Source: an uncultured Porphyromonadaceae bacterium
GTDB taxonomy: Bacteria > Bacteroidota > Bacteroidia > Bacteroidales > Barnesiellaceae_A
Assembly: GCA_900538705.1 (NCBI GenBank)
Contig: UPZG01000003.1
Span: forward strand, 12,516-76,515
Reading direction: 5' to 3'
DNA length: 64,000 nucleotides
Made by a program: the position numbers and the translations under genes
Notes under the pieces: model-generated
Seen by the model: the letters and a program-made list of their open reading frames with translations, nothing else
The model's database searches: none
What the model was told of the DNA's origin: nothing
Shown: one piece after another, positions 17,404-25,994 of the stretch
Layout: each line of letters opens with the position of its first letter
Position numbering within the stretch: the stretch's first letter is position 1

Positions 17404-20190
17404 TTATCTTACGGGAACTTTATAGACAAATTCATGGTCTATGGTGTTCACTTTGACAAAAACAAATCCTTTTATACCGCGCAACGGGATGATGATGTTG
17501 TCGCTGCTGTTGATTTCCATCTTAGTGATAGAGCGTCCTTGCAAGTCGTACAAAGCTATCTCTTTGACATAAACACCCGAGTTGAAGATGTTGACATATC
17601 CTTCGAAAGCAGATACTTTCAGCGAAGAGGCATTGGCAAGGCTTACAGCTGTTCTTCCTGAGGTAAATCTTTCTTGTGCCGCCCACGAGCTTATGCGGTC
17701 CATGGTACAAGAGGCGCGGACTGTCCACAAATAGGCAATTTCGGGTTCCAAGTCGGTAAAGGTGTATGTCTCTTCTGCCAGACCTTCTATAACCTCCCAT
17801 GTAGTAGCACTTCCGGGGCGATAGCGTACGTCCCATGCAAGATGCTCTTCATTGCCTGTCCAAGAAACCTTGATATATTCATTCTCAACTATCTCAGAGG
17901 TGAGGTCAGATGGGATGGGGCATTCGGGAAGCGGTTCGGTAGTAAAGGTTGCAGTTTCTGACCACTCGGTGGTATCGCCTTCAGCTACAATACCACGAAC
18001 TTTTACTTGATAGGTCGTTTCGGCTTCGAGGTCTACCAGTTCGGCCTCAAATCCATTGACGGTTTTATACGTCCATTCGTCACCCTCTTTGCAAGAGGCC
18101 ATTTCGTAATTTTCTTGTTCTCCTCGCCATGTAACAAGAGCCGAGTTATAGGTTACTTCGCCTATTGTAACAGCGGGGATGGCAGGAATTTCACGTCCGT
18201 CAACGCTGAATCTTTCGATGATGAGGCGAGCACCGGCAGCATTGTAATTTTTCCAATAGATACGTATCTGCACGGTATCGTTGATATACGACGACAGGTC
18301 TCCTTCTACCAAGGCAAAAGCTTGTAAAGAGTCTAATTGAAGATTATTCTGAGCTGTGTACTCTTTGAGTGTATCGAAGTTGATACCATCTTTACTTACT
18401 TGCAGCGCAAAAGTATCTGTTTCAGCCCATTCGTTATAAGGTGTTGAGCCTGTCATACGCGACCATACTGACATGTTGTAGTAGAAAGAAACAACTACGT
18501 CGCGTTTGTCTATGAGAATGGGGCTGGTGGTCACGGTGTTGAACTTGCCATTGATGGCGTCGCCATATGCAAGGTTGCACTCCAACTGATATTCATCTTC
18601 TCCGCCTACTTGGTTGTATTGCGTCGATACGCGGAAAGTACCGCCCTCTTCAGCCCAATCTACAGGCAGACCATAAATTTCTGCTTTTGAAAGATTGGGT
18701 GTATACGGTAGTGTTGCTATTGTGGCACCTCTAGCATCTATTACCTCTGTAGAGTATTCCATGTTGCTGTTTACGCTAAATGCACGCAGATAATATCCCG
18801 TACCCTGTTCGAGCCCATCTATTTCGATATTTTCGGCAGAACCACCTATATATACCACTTTGCCACCATTTTCGGTAATGAAATCGCCTACTTCATAGGA
18901 GCCCTCGGGAGTGCCTATGTAAGGTTCTTCTCCGTAGTTTATAATAGGTTCGTAAAGTGAATCGCAAATGGCAACGAGGACATCATCTCCAACTTCATTA
19001 GCTGTTACCGATATAAGAAGTTTGTCGACATGTTTTTCAGTTACAGATAATCCTGCAGGAGCACCTGGCATAGTACGTATGGCTGCTGTCAATGGAGCAT
19101 CGGTATTATATACCGGGCCTTGTTTGCAGAACGAGTTGGCTGCCATTACAAAGACATGATAAGTCGTAGTCCCTTGTAATGAAGCGTCGGTAGCAAATAC
19201 TGCCGTTGTATCGTAAGATAGTACGGTAGCATTTCCTAAAACATCACCTTTGCTATAGTATGTGCCGTTTTGAGGCAGCTCTGTAAGGGCTTCATCGGTT
19301 GACAGTAGAGTGAGATAATGGTCGGCAGTCTCTGTCGGAACAAAAGAGCCGCTTATTTGTGTTGTAGTAGCCTCGTATTGTATTGATGCAGGTTGACCAG
19401 AAGGCACGTCGCAGGCAGCAGGAGGCATGAATGAGAAGGTGAGGCCATCGGTAATATTGCTGTTGTCGCCGAAATATATGATAGCATCGCCTGTCCGTTG
19501 TATGGTGTTTTGCCAATCGTCATCGGAATTGAAGCGACAATGTATATCATCATCGTTGCCTCGCAGACCTATTCTTGCACCCTTGGAGTAGCCATCGAAA
19601 TTGTTCCAGTTGCGGAATACGAACTCTATTTTGCTATCTGTCTCATAGAGCTTTATTTGCATGTCGACGGCTTTGATGTTTTCGCCCCAATAGTCGAGAC
19701 CTACTCCCCAATTTTTATATTGTATCACCAATACACGATTAGGGGTTTCGCCTGTGAGTTTGTAACTTATGGTTGTAGAGTCTGAACCGTATATGTCGGC
19801 ATTGGGCATTACTCCAAAGCAGTTGGTACGGCCTTCACCTTCGCGCGAAAACATGAAAGCTCCAGACTCAGGGTTGACTGTAACCTGGTCACGACCTACT
19901 GTGATATAACCGTTAGAGCCAATGACAAACTGATTACAGAAAACATCGTTATATTCAAAATCAAAGCCTATGGGAATTCCAGCCATTGTCGTAAGCTCTG
20001 TTACGGAAGACTCGGAATAAAAGGCGCGGTTGTTCATGTCGTTAGGTTCTATATCATTGCTTACAACAATACCGTCTTCTATTTCTTCGTATGTTCCTAC
20101 AAAACTACCGAAACCATAGCCTGATATGACCTGGCTGCCAGCTGTCACCAGACAGCATAACATTGTAGATAATAAAAAGAGTTTTTTCAT
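17404..20190 (-). CDS. Large T9SS-sorted surface protein with two C-terminal fibronectin type III domains
   Basis: Signal peptide MKKLFLLSTMLCCLVTAGSQ. Fn3-like segments (VTYNSALVTWRG...YQVKVRG; YIKVSWTG...YLWTVRASC). C-terminal sorting domain ends in GFVFVKVNTIDHEFVYKVPVR. Confidence 0.85.
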   Translation of the reverse strand: MKKLFLLSTMLCCLVTAGSQVISGYGFGSFVGTYEEIEDGIVVSNDIEPNDMNNRAFYSESSVTELTTMAGIPIGFDFEYNDVFCNQFVIGSNGYITVGRDQVTVNPESGAFMFSREGEGRTNCFGVMPNADIYGSDSTTISYKLTGETPNRVLVIQYKNWGVGLDYWGENIKAVDMQIKLYETDSKIEFVFRNWNNFDGYSKGARIGLRGNDDDIHCRFNSDDDWQNTIQRTGDAIIYFGDNSNITDGLTFSFMPPAACDVPSGQPASIQYEATTTQISGSFVPTETADHYLTLLSTDEALTELPQNGTYYSKGDVLGNATVLSYDTTAVFATDASLQGTTTYHVFVMAANSFCKQGPVYNTDAPLTAAIRTMPGAPAGLSVTEKHVDKLLISVTANEVGDDVLVAICDSLYEPIINYGEEPYIGTPEGSYEVGDFITENGGKVVYIGGSAENIEIDGLEQGTGYYLRAFSVNSNMEYSTEVIDARGATIATLPYTPNLSKAEIYGLPVDWAEEGGTFRVSTQYNQVGGEDEYQLECNLAYGDAINGKFNTVTTSPILIDKRDVVVSFYYNMSVWSRMTGSTPYNEWAETDTFALQVSKDGINFDTLKEYTAQNNLQLDSLQAFALVEGDLSSYINDTVQIRIYWKNYNAAGARLIIERFSVDGREIPAIPAVTIGEVTYNSALVTWRGEQENYEMASCKEGDEWTYKTVNGFEAELVDLEAETTYQVKVRGIVAEGDTTEWSETATFTTEPLPECPIPSDLTSEIVENEYIKVSWTGNEEHLAWDVRYRPGSATTWEVIEGLAEETYTFTDLEPEIAYLWTVRASCTMDRISSWAAQERFTSGRTAVSLANASSLKVSAFEGYVNIFNSGVYVKEIALYDLQGRSITKMEINSSDNIIIPLRGIKGFVFVKVNTIDHEFVYKVPVR

Positions 20191-20213
20191 AATGTGATAT
20201 ATAATGTATTGTA

Positions 20214-21962
20214 TTAGTTGATAATTAGTTTAATGGTAGAAACTCCTTCTTGTGTGGTGAGAGTTGCCAGGTAAACGCCCTTGCTAAGATTACAAGAAGC
20301 ATTCCATGTTACATAGTGGCTGCCTTGTGGCATGATACCATTATAGGCTGTTGTGACAAGTTTCCCTTGCATGTCGTAGATTGAGATGTTGACTTGTTGT
20401 TGTCGTGAGTTGACAACCTGGAACATCGCATCATTGTTGATGACAGTAGACAAAGCTCTGAATTGCATTTCTTCGGTACGCGTTGCTTTAACAGCTCCTG
20501 TACCCGGATTGCCAAGTGTCATGTTGCGATTGATACGTTGCATGTATATGCGGTCTACGTTGTTTTCGCCACCGAGTACACCATTGTCTTCCCATTTGGC
20601 TACCCAATATCCTCCTTTAGCCATTGAAGTAGTCTCAAGAGACGATTTCTCAGAAACATTTGTTGTAAAAGTGAATGGCTGTTCTTCCCATATAGATTCG
20701 CCTGTTTCGCTATCAAGCAACATGGCATAGCATGTTACGTCGCCAAAACCATATGAATGGTTCATCATGTAGAAGACTGCCATTTCGCCACTTTCTCCGG
20801 GCTCCAAATTCATGTATGCAAGAGGTTGTGTATCCATAGGGCTCAGTTCGAGGCCTTCTTCACCCCACAACAATTCACCTTGTAGCGATACTCGTTGGGC
20901 TACCATTCGATACCAGTTTTGATTGGCATCTGTTTCGCGCCACAGAGCTATAAAGCTGTTTGTCTTTGAGTCGTAACGGGCTTTCACATTGAAAGAACGC
21001 CAGCCGGCATATCCCAGTTTCTGAGCCTCTTCACCTGCTGTAAATCCTAATTCTCCGTTGGGCTTTACATATGAAAGGTATGCCGATTCTGTATTGGTAT
21101 AGTAACGGTCATCGTTCCAAGAGAGGATTACACCACCATCACCCGACGGTTGTACATTGAGTATAGTCCACAAAGGAATAGAACCGAAGCCGCCGCGATA
21201 GATGCGAGTATCTTCAGGCCATACAGAAGTTCCGTCGAAATCAATTTTCCGTGCGTACAGGTCTTGGTTTGATCCCTTGGCATACACCAAGATGAATTGA
21301 TTGTCGCCTGAATTTATTAAATATGGATACATGTAGGTCGAAGTGTTATCTATGAGGCGTACATCTTTGGCGTTCCATAGGAATTCGCCGTCGTTCGATA
21401 CGCGTTGCATCTCAATGGCAAAGAGGTTACCATTGGTGCGCATCCATGCAAAAACATAACTGCCGTCTTCGAGTTGTATTACCTTCATGGCAGCACTCGT
21501 TTCGTAAGATATTCCTCCATCGATAGAGAGTCCTTCGTTTCCCCAAAGCATTTCGCCCTCAGGAGAGACTTTATAGATGGTGTAACTCAGAAGTTGCTCT
21601 TCTGACGGTGAATTGCGCAGGTCGTGTACCACAACAATTGCATTGCCATCTTTGTCAACCATGATAAGTTGATTTACAACAGTATATGTCATATTCCGCT
21701 CTTCTGAGACAAGAAGTCCTTCTTCTCCCAAAAGTTTTACACCAGTAGAGTCTATGGCTTGTACGGTTGTAGCTATTGTTCCGTTTTGCGGATGATAGAC
21801 GCAGAGCCAGGTAGTGCCGTCTTCGCCAATTTGAATTTCGTTGGCATAATAACTTTTTCCATCCGGCCAACCCAGTAAAGCTTCCGACGGATTGTCTTTC
21901 CATTGTGCCACAGCCGACAGGCAAAGGAGGGCACAGATACAAGTGAGTAGTCCTTTTTTCAT
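20214..21962 (-). CDS. T9SS-sorted putative 7-bladed beta-propeller protein
   Basis: Signal peptide. Seven repeats spaced about 55 aa with the motif (S/D)x(D/E)GExLW(G)xEG(L). C-terminal sorting domain ends in GVYLATLTTQEGVSTIKLIIN. Confidence 0.85.
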   Translation of the reverse strand: MKKGLLTCICALLCLSAVAQWKDNPSEALLGWPDGKSYYANEIQIGEDGTTWLCVYHPQNGTIATTVQAIDSTGVKLLGEEGLLVSEERNMTYTVVNQLIMVDKDGNAIVVVHDLRNSPSEEQLLSYTIYKVSPEGEMLWGNEGLSIDGGISYETSAAMKVIQLEDGSYVFAWMRTNGNLFAIEMQRVSNDGEFLWNAKDVRLIDNTSTYMYPYLINSGDNQFILVYAKGSNQDLYARKIDFDGTSVWPEDTRIYRGGFGSIPLWTILNVQPSGDGGVILSWNDDRYYTNTESAYLSYVKPNGELGFTAGEEAQKLGYAGWRSFNVKARYDSKTNSFIALWRETDANQNWYRMVAQRVSLQGELLWGEEGLELSPMDTQPLAYMNLEPGESGEMAVFYMMNHSYGFGDVTCYAMLLDSETGESIWEEQPFTFTTNVSEKSSLETTSMAKGGYWVAKWEDNGVLGGENNVDRIYMQRINRNMTLGNPGTGAVKATRTEEMQFRALSTVINNDAMFQVVNSRQQQVNISIYDMQGKLVTTAYNGIMPQGSHYVTWNASCNLSKGVYLATLTTQEGVSTIKLIIN

Positions 21963-21978
21963 AATACAGCTTTTTTAA

Positions 21979-23670
21979 TTAATAGGTGATTAATTTGAAT
22001 GTATTTATATTTTGGTCGGCAACTATCTGTACGATATAAATGCCGTGAGATGGAATGGAAATGGCCTTTACGTTGGTACCTTGTCCTATAAGCAATCCGG
22101 CAATGTCGTATATTGCGACGGCGTATTCCTGGGTTGCCATGGCAGGGGTGATGGTAATTTGCTGTGCTTGCTTATCATAGGCAACGGCAAAAGTATTGGG
22201 GGCTGTCAGTGATTGTAGTCCGGCTGTAATCGATGTTGTGAAGAAAGAACGGTATCCGTGTCCCGTAATTTCGAGCTGTTGTGCCACGAGACCGTTGCTG
22301 TCGTCTTGAAGTTTATAATAGCCGCGAGGCGATTGCACACCGTTAGCCCAAGCGTCGGTTACTTCAAAACAGTATGTTTTATCACTTTCGAGTTCGGCCA
22401 CTTCATTGTATACTTTTTGTAGATTTGTTTCGTATGGACCGAAATTGTAAACAATATTGCCGTCGGCATCTATGATACGCCATGTGTTCTCGTCGGCATA
22501 TAGGTCGGTACGTAGTTCTATGTATGTTAGGGGAGTCGTTTTGGCAGGAGCGCTGAATGTACCCTCAATGGTATTTCCGTCGTAAGATTCACCGTTAAGT
22601 TCTGTCAGGTGTATTGAATAGTCATTACTCGATTCTATTAAGGAAGACTGGTCGATGGCAATTTTGATGTAGCTTGTTGCCAGAGGGGCTATTTCTCCTT
22701 CCCAAGAGCTTTGTATTGTCGTACCGTTTACGGTAATGTCGAATAGGGCCGATGTAAGAGGCTCATTCGATTTGTTACGCAGATAAAGTTCGTAGAAGTT
22801 AAATCCGTAGGTGCCCTGTACAGGTATGCGGTATGCCGATATTTCGGCAGCTAAGGGAAGCTCCAGTCCTTCGCAAACAGGCTTTACACCGGTAACGTTT
22901 AAAACATCGGTTTTGTCGTTAGCAACAAAAACGATTACTTCCAATTCCGCCGGGTCGACAGCTACATCATTGATGTTCTCAGGCACGGCGTATGTGTAAT
23001 CTTTCGTAAAGAAAGAACCTTCAGTACAGTCGCTTATCGTATCACCCCACAAAGGTGTTAGGTAGTCGCGTAGCATGTGCTGGTGTAGATAGTCAGAACC
23101 TACACCGCCACCGCTTTGCGGCCCTCGTATGTTATTTTGTGTCAGTGCTACGGTAAGAAGATTTTGTTGGGCGTCTACATCGGCTGTATAATAGCCTTCA
23201 ACGTGTACGGTCAGCTGGGCGTCAGCTGCCGAGTATGTAGATGTCACATATAAGTTTACGGGCGCATTTTCTTGGTGTATTTCCTTGGCACACAGAGTCC
23301 AGTTGCTTCGCGACATGATAGGACTGGTGCCGGCAAAAGTATGGCGGTTAATCATACCACAAGGGTAACCGCTTCCCGAAGCAAAAGTGGCATCTAGCTC
23401 TTCACCTTCGGGAGTGCGAAAATCTGGCTGGTCGGAGAAAGGCGATGCATAATATCCGCTGTGTATTGCTATGGAATAGAATGTATTTTCTTGTGCTAAT
23501 AAGAGGTTGGCCGCTATCTTATGCGCCGAGGGACAGTTGCCGCAATTGATACCGGTAAATTCTTCTAAGAGAATATTCTTGGGTTGCACATCGGTAGAAA
23601 CCTGATATTGAGCAATACTGAAGTTACATGTAAGAATCGCTGTAACAAAGAGGAGATAGAGGTTTTTCAT
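21979..23670 (-). CDS. Omp28-related / thioredoxin-like T9SS-sorted protein
   Basis: Start moved to MKNLYLLFVTAIL (ATG at 23670). Motif EEFTGINCGNCP near the N-terminus. C-terminal sorting domain ends in GIYIVQIVADQNINTFKLITY. Confidence 0.8.
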   Translation of the reverse strand: MKNLYLLFVTAILTCNFSIAQYQVSTDVQPKNILLEEFTGINCGNCPSAHKIAANLLLAQENTFYSIAIHSGYYASPFSDQPDFRTPEGEELDATFASGSGYPCGMINRHTFAGTSPIMSRSNWTLCAKEIHQENAPVNLYVTSTYSAADAQLTVHVEGYYTADVDAQQNLLTVALTQNNIRGPQSGGGVGSDYLHQHMLRDYLTPLWGDTISDCTEGSFFTKDYTYAVPENINDVAVDPAELEVIVFVANDKTDVLNVTGVKPVCEGLELPLAAEISAYRIPVQGTYGFNFYELYLRNKSNEPLTSALFDITVNGTTIQSSWEGEIAPLATSYIKIAIDQSSLIESSNDYSIHLTELNGESYDGNTIEGTFSAPAKTTPLTYIELRTDLYADENTWRIIDADGNIVYNFGPYETNLQKVYNEVAELESDKTYCFEVTDAWANGVQSPRGYYKLQDDSNGLVAQQLEITGHGYRSFFTTSITAGLQSLTAPNTFAVAYDKQAQQITITPAMATQEYAVAIYDIAGLLIGQGTNVKAISIPSHGIYIVQIVADQNINTFKLITY

Positions 23671-23748
23671 ATTGTTCGATTTAGACGTTTTTTCTTTTTG
23701 CAAGTATAATTATTTTATAAAATAGGGCACTATTACAAGCTACGTCTT

Positions 23749-23797
23749 TACTACTGCAATATAAATAAATGAAGTAAAAATACTACTGCATATAAAT
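23749..23797. repeat. Direct repeat TACTACTGCA(A)TATAAAT x2 in a divergent control region
   Basis: Copies at 23749-23766 and 23781-23797, 32 bp start to start. They lie 41-90 bp upstream of a near-consensus minus-strand -7 box (TAtaCTTG, 23701-23708). Confidence 0.5.
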
Positions 23798-23982
23798 GTA
23801 ACTATTTATTAACCAGATTATTGTATTGCCATTATGGGTGCTGTACGGAAGATAATGTAAGTATATTTGTCAGTATATATATCTTTATAACGATTATTTC
23901 ATATATTTGTAGGTGTAATATTAAAAATATTAATAAGTTGGAGTACTTAAAAACTTTATATTATACGTTATTACGGGTACTG

Positions 23983-25743
23983 ATGCTACTTCTTTTCTTG
24001 ACATCGTATCCTATCGTATGTTTTGCGCTTACCAATAACATAAAACAAGAGGTGTTGGAGCGAGCATCCGATTTGATAGACGACAATGATAGTAATGCTG
24101 CTGTAATGAAGCATAAAATAGACTCGGTAGAGAGTCAGAAGGCCTTGTCAGACAGCGTCTTTGTTTCGTTTATAGTAGACGATGTGGGCGAATATTTCAG
24201 GCAGCAAGGTCGACAATCGGCTGCAGTAGAGTTGTTTTCTACACTTGCAGACCAGTTAGAGCAGGAGAAGTGTCTTTCTACTACGTTGTTGCGATTGTAT
24301 ATACCTCTCGGTGCTGCGTTGGAAGAGGTAGGTATGTGGAACAATGCCATGGAATATTATCATAAAGCCCTTGCAATTGCTGAGGATAATGGAATGGAAT
24401 CTAATACTGCTAAAATTTATAATAATATAGGTGCAGCATATTTTCGTAGCGATGTGGCTATGGCTGAGAGTTATTTCAGGAAAGCGCGCGATATAAATAT
24501 GAAATTAGGTGACAAAAAGGAGTTGTGCTTGAATTATAATAATTTGGCCGGTACGGCTATGCAACAAGACCGTTACGACGAAGCTCTGGATTATATGCTC
24601 GATGCTTTGCAGCTTATCGATAAAAATCAAGATGCCTATTTTTATCATTTCATGCAGTGTAACATAGCTTCGTTGTATATGCTAAAGGGGGAGGATTATT
24701 TGGCTATCTCCTATTTAAGAAATGCTGTGGAGTTTCATTTGCGTGAGGGTAATCTACATGATGTGATACAGTGTTACAACATGCTCGCCGAAGCATACGA
24801 AAAGCAAGGTAATATGACAGAGGCAATGTATTATATAAAACAGTCGGAAATGGAGTTGGCGTCGGTTACAAATCGGGATTTCGAGGCGAATATGAGTGTC
24901 ATTCTTTCTCGGTTTTATAGTCGTCGCAAAAACTATGAAAAGGCATATGACTTACTGTTGCGGGCTACTGAGTTGCGAGACTCGTTGACGAAGGTCAATG
25001 ATGTAAAAAAGATTGGCAATTTGGAGCAAATATATAATAATGAGCAGAAATTACGCGAGAATGCTTTGTTGATAAGCGAGATGCAGTTGCATAAATTAGA
25101 GGATGACAGGCGCGTTACGGTGATAGTAATAATTATTATATTGCTTGCGCTGGTAGTGGTGTTCTTGATTGTTCGCACACGTCTGCGGGATAAGTTGCAT
25201 AGAACAAAAGAAGAGTTGTCAATGCAGCAAATAGCCTTATCGGAAAAAGAGAAGGAGTTGCAACTTATTAAGGAGAAAGAGTTGAATAAAACTATTGACC
25301 AGAAAAATCGTGAGTTGTCGAGTTACGCATTGTCATATACCAAAGACAATGAGTTTTTTGTACATATTTGTGATGAGTTGAAGCAGGTACTTCTCGAGAT
25401 AAATCCACGTGACAAGTTGCACAAAGAGCGCTTGCGCAAGATTATCACCGAGCTGAAGCGGTATGAGAGTAGTGATAATTGGCAGGAATTCAAGCTCTAT
25501 TTTGAGCAGGTGCATCCCTCTTTTTATGATTCGTTGGACGATATATGTCCCGGGATTACTCAGCGGCAGAAAAGGTTATGTGCTTTGCTATATATAGGCC
25601 TATCTACGAAGGAGATTGCTTCTATAACGTTTCGTGAGGTGCGTAGTGTAGAATCGGCTCGTAACAGGTTGCGCCGCAAGATGGGCATTCCGTCTGACGA
25701 AACAATTCACGAATTTCTGTCGAAAAGACAACAGAGCGAGTAA
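23983..25743 (+). CDS. TPR-repeat / transmembrane / LuxR-type HTH one-component regulator
   Basis: N-terminal signal/TM (MLLLFLTSYPIVCFA), TPR-like repeats, a TM segment (VTVIVIIIILLALVVVFLIV), a coiled coil, and a C-terminal LuxR HTH (LSTKEIASITFREVRSVESARNRLRRKMG). The track start at 23821 is a TTG in AT-rich DNA. ATG 23983 is preferred and TTG 23938 is possible. Confidence 0.8.
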   Translation: MLLLFLTSYPIVCFALTNNIKQEVLERASDLIDDNDSNAAVMKHKIDSVESQKALSDSVFVSFIVDDVGEYFRQQGRQSAAVELFSTLADQLEQEKCLSTTLLRLYIPLGAALEEVGMWNNAMEYYHKALAIAEDNGMESNTAKIYNNIGAAYFRSDVAMAESYFRKARDINMKLGDKKELCLNYNNLAGTAMQQDRYDEALDYMLDALQLIDKNQDAYFYHFMQCNIASLYMLKGEDYLAISYLRNAVEFHLREGNLHDVIQCYNMLAEAYEKQGNMTEAMYYIKQSEMELASVTNRDFEANMSVILSRFYSRRKNYEKAYDLLLRATELRDSLTKVNDVKKIGNLEQIYNNEQKLRENALLISEMQLHKLEDDRRVTVIVIIIILLALVVVFLIVRTRLRDKLHRTKEELSMQQIALSEKEKELQLIKEKELNKTIDQKNRELSSYALSYTKDNEFFVHICDELKQVLLEINPRDKLHKERLRKIITELKRYESSDNWQEFKLYFEQVHPSFYDSLDDICPGITQRQKRLCALLYIGLSTKEIASITFREVRSVESARNRLRRKMGIPSDETIHEFLSKRQQSE

Positions 25744-25930
25744 ATATCGCCTGCTGATAATACATACAATGAGGTGTTCGTGTTTTTAATATTTCTCTAT
25801 GGAATCCTGGTATTGCAGTATGAACGTAAAAAGAATGGCCTATTAGAACCGGAACGTGTTGTGGTTGTGAGACCGTGTAGGATTCTGGTATCATTGTTGC
25901 TACATTAGATACTTTTATATTGTAGCTATG

Positions 25931-25974
25931 CTAAAAATAAAGCGGAGCGGCTTGTTATAGGCCGCTCCGCTTTG
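25931..25974 (-). terminator. Rho-independent terminator
   Basis: 11-bp stem AGCGGAGCGGC / GCCGCTCCGCT (25941-25951 / 25961-25971). TTATTTTT follows on the minus strand. Confidence 0.7.
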
Positions 25975-25994
25975 GATTTATAAAAGAGCTTTCA

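Noticed and set aside
23821-23982. TTG-initiated 54-codon N-terminal extension of the LuxR-type regulator ORF.
   Set aside because: It lies in very AT-rich promoter-like DNA containing two TAtaTTTG boxes. The translation (MYCHYGCCTEDNVSIFVSIYIFITIISYICRC) is implausible. ATG 23983 gives a normal signal/TM start.
25801-25900. Imperfect repeat GGAATCCTGGTAT / GGATTCTGGTAT in the gap after the LuxR-type gene.
   Set aside because: Only about 12 nt with a mismatch or indel, and no associated promoter, terminator or stable structure. Likely chance.
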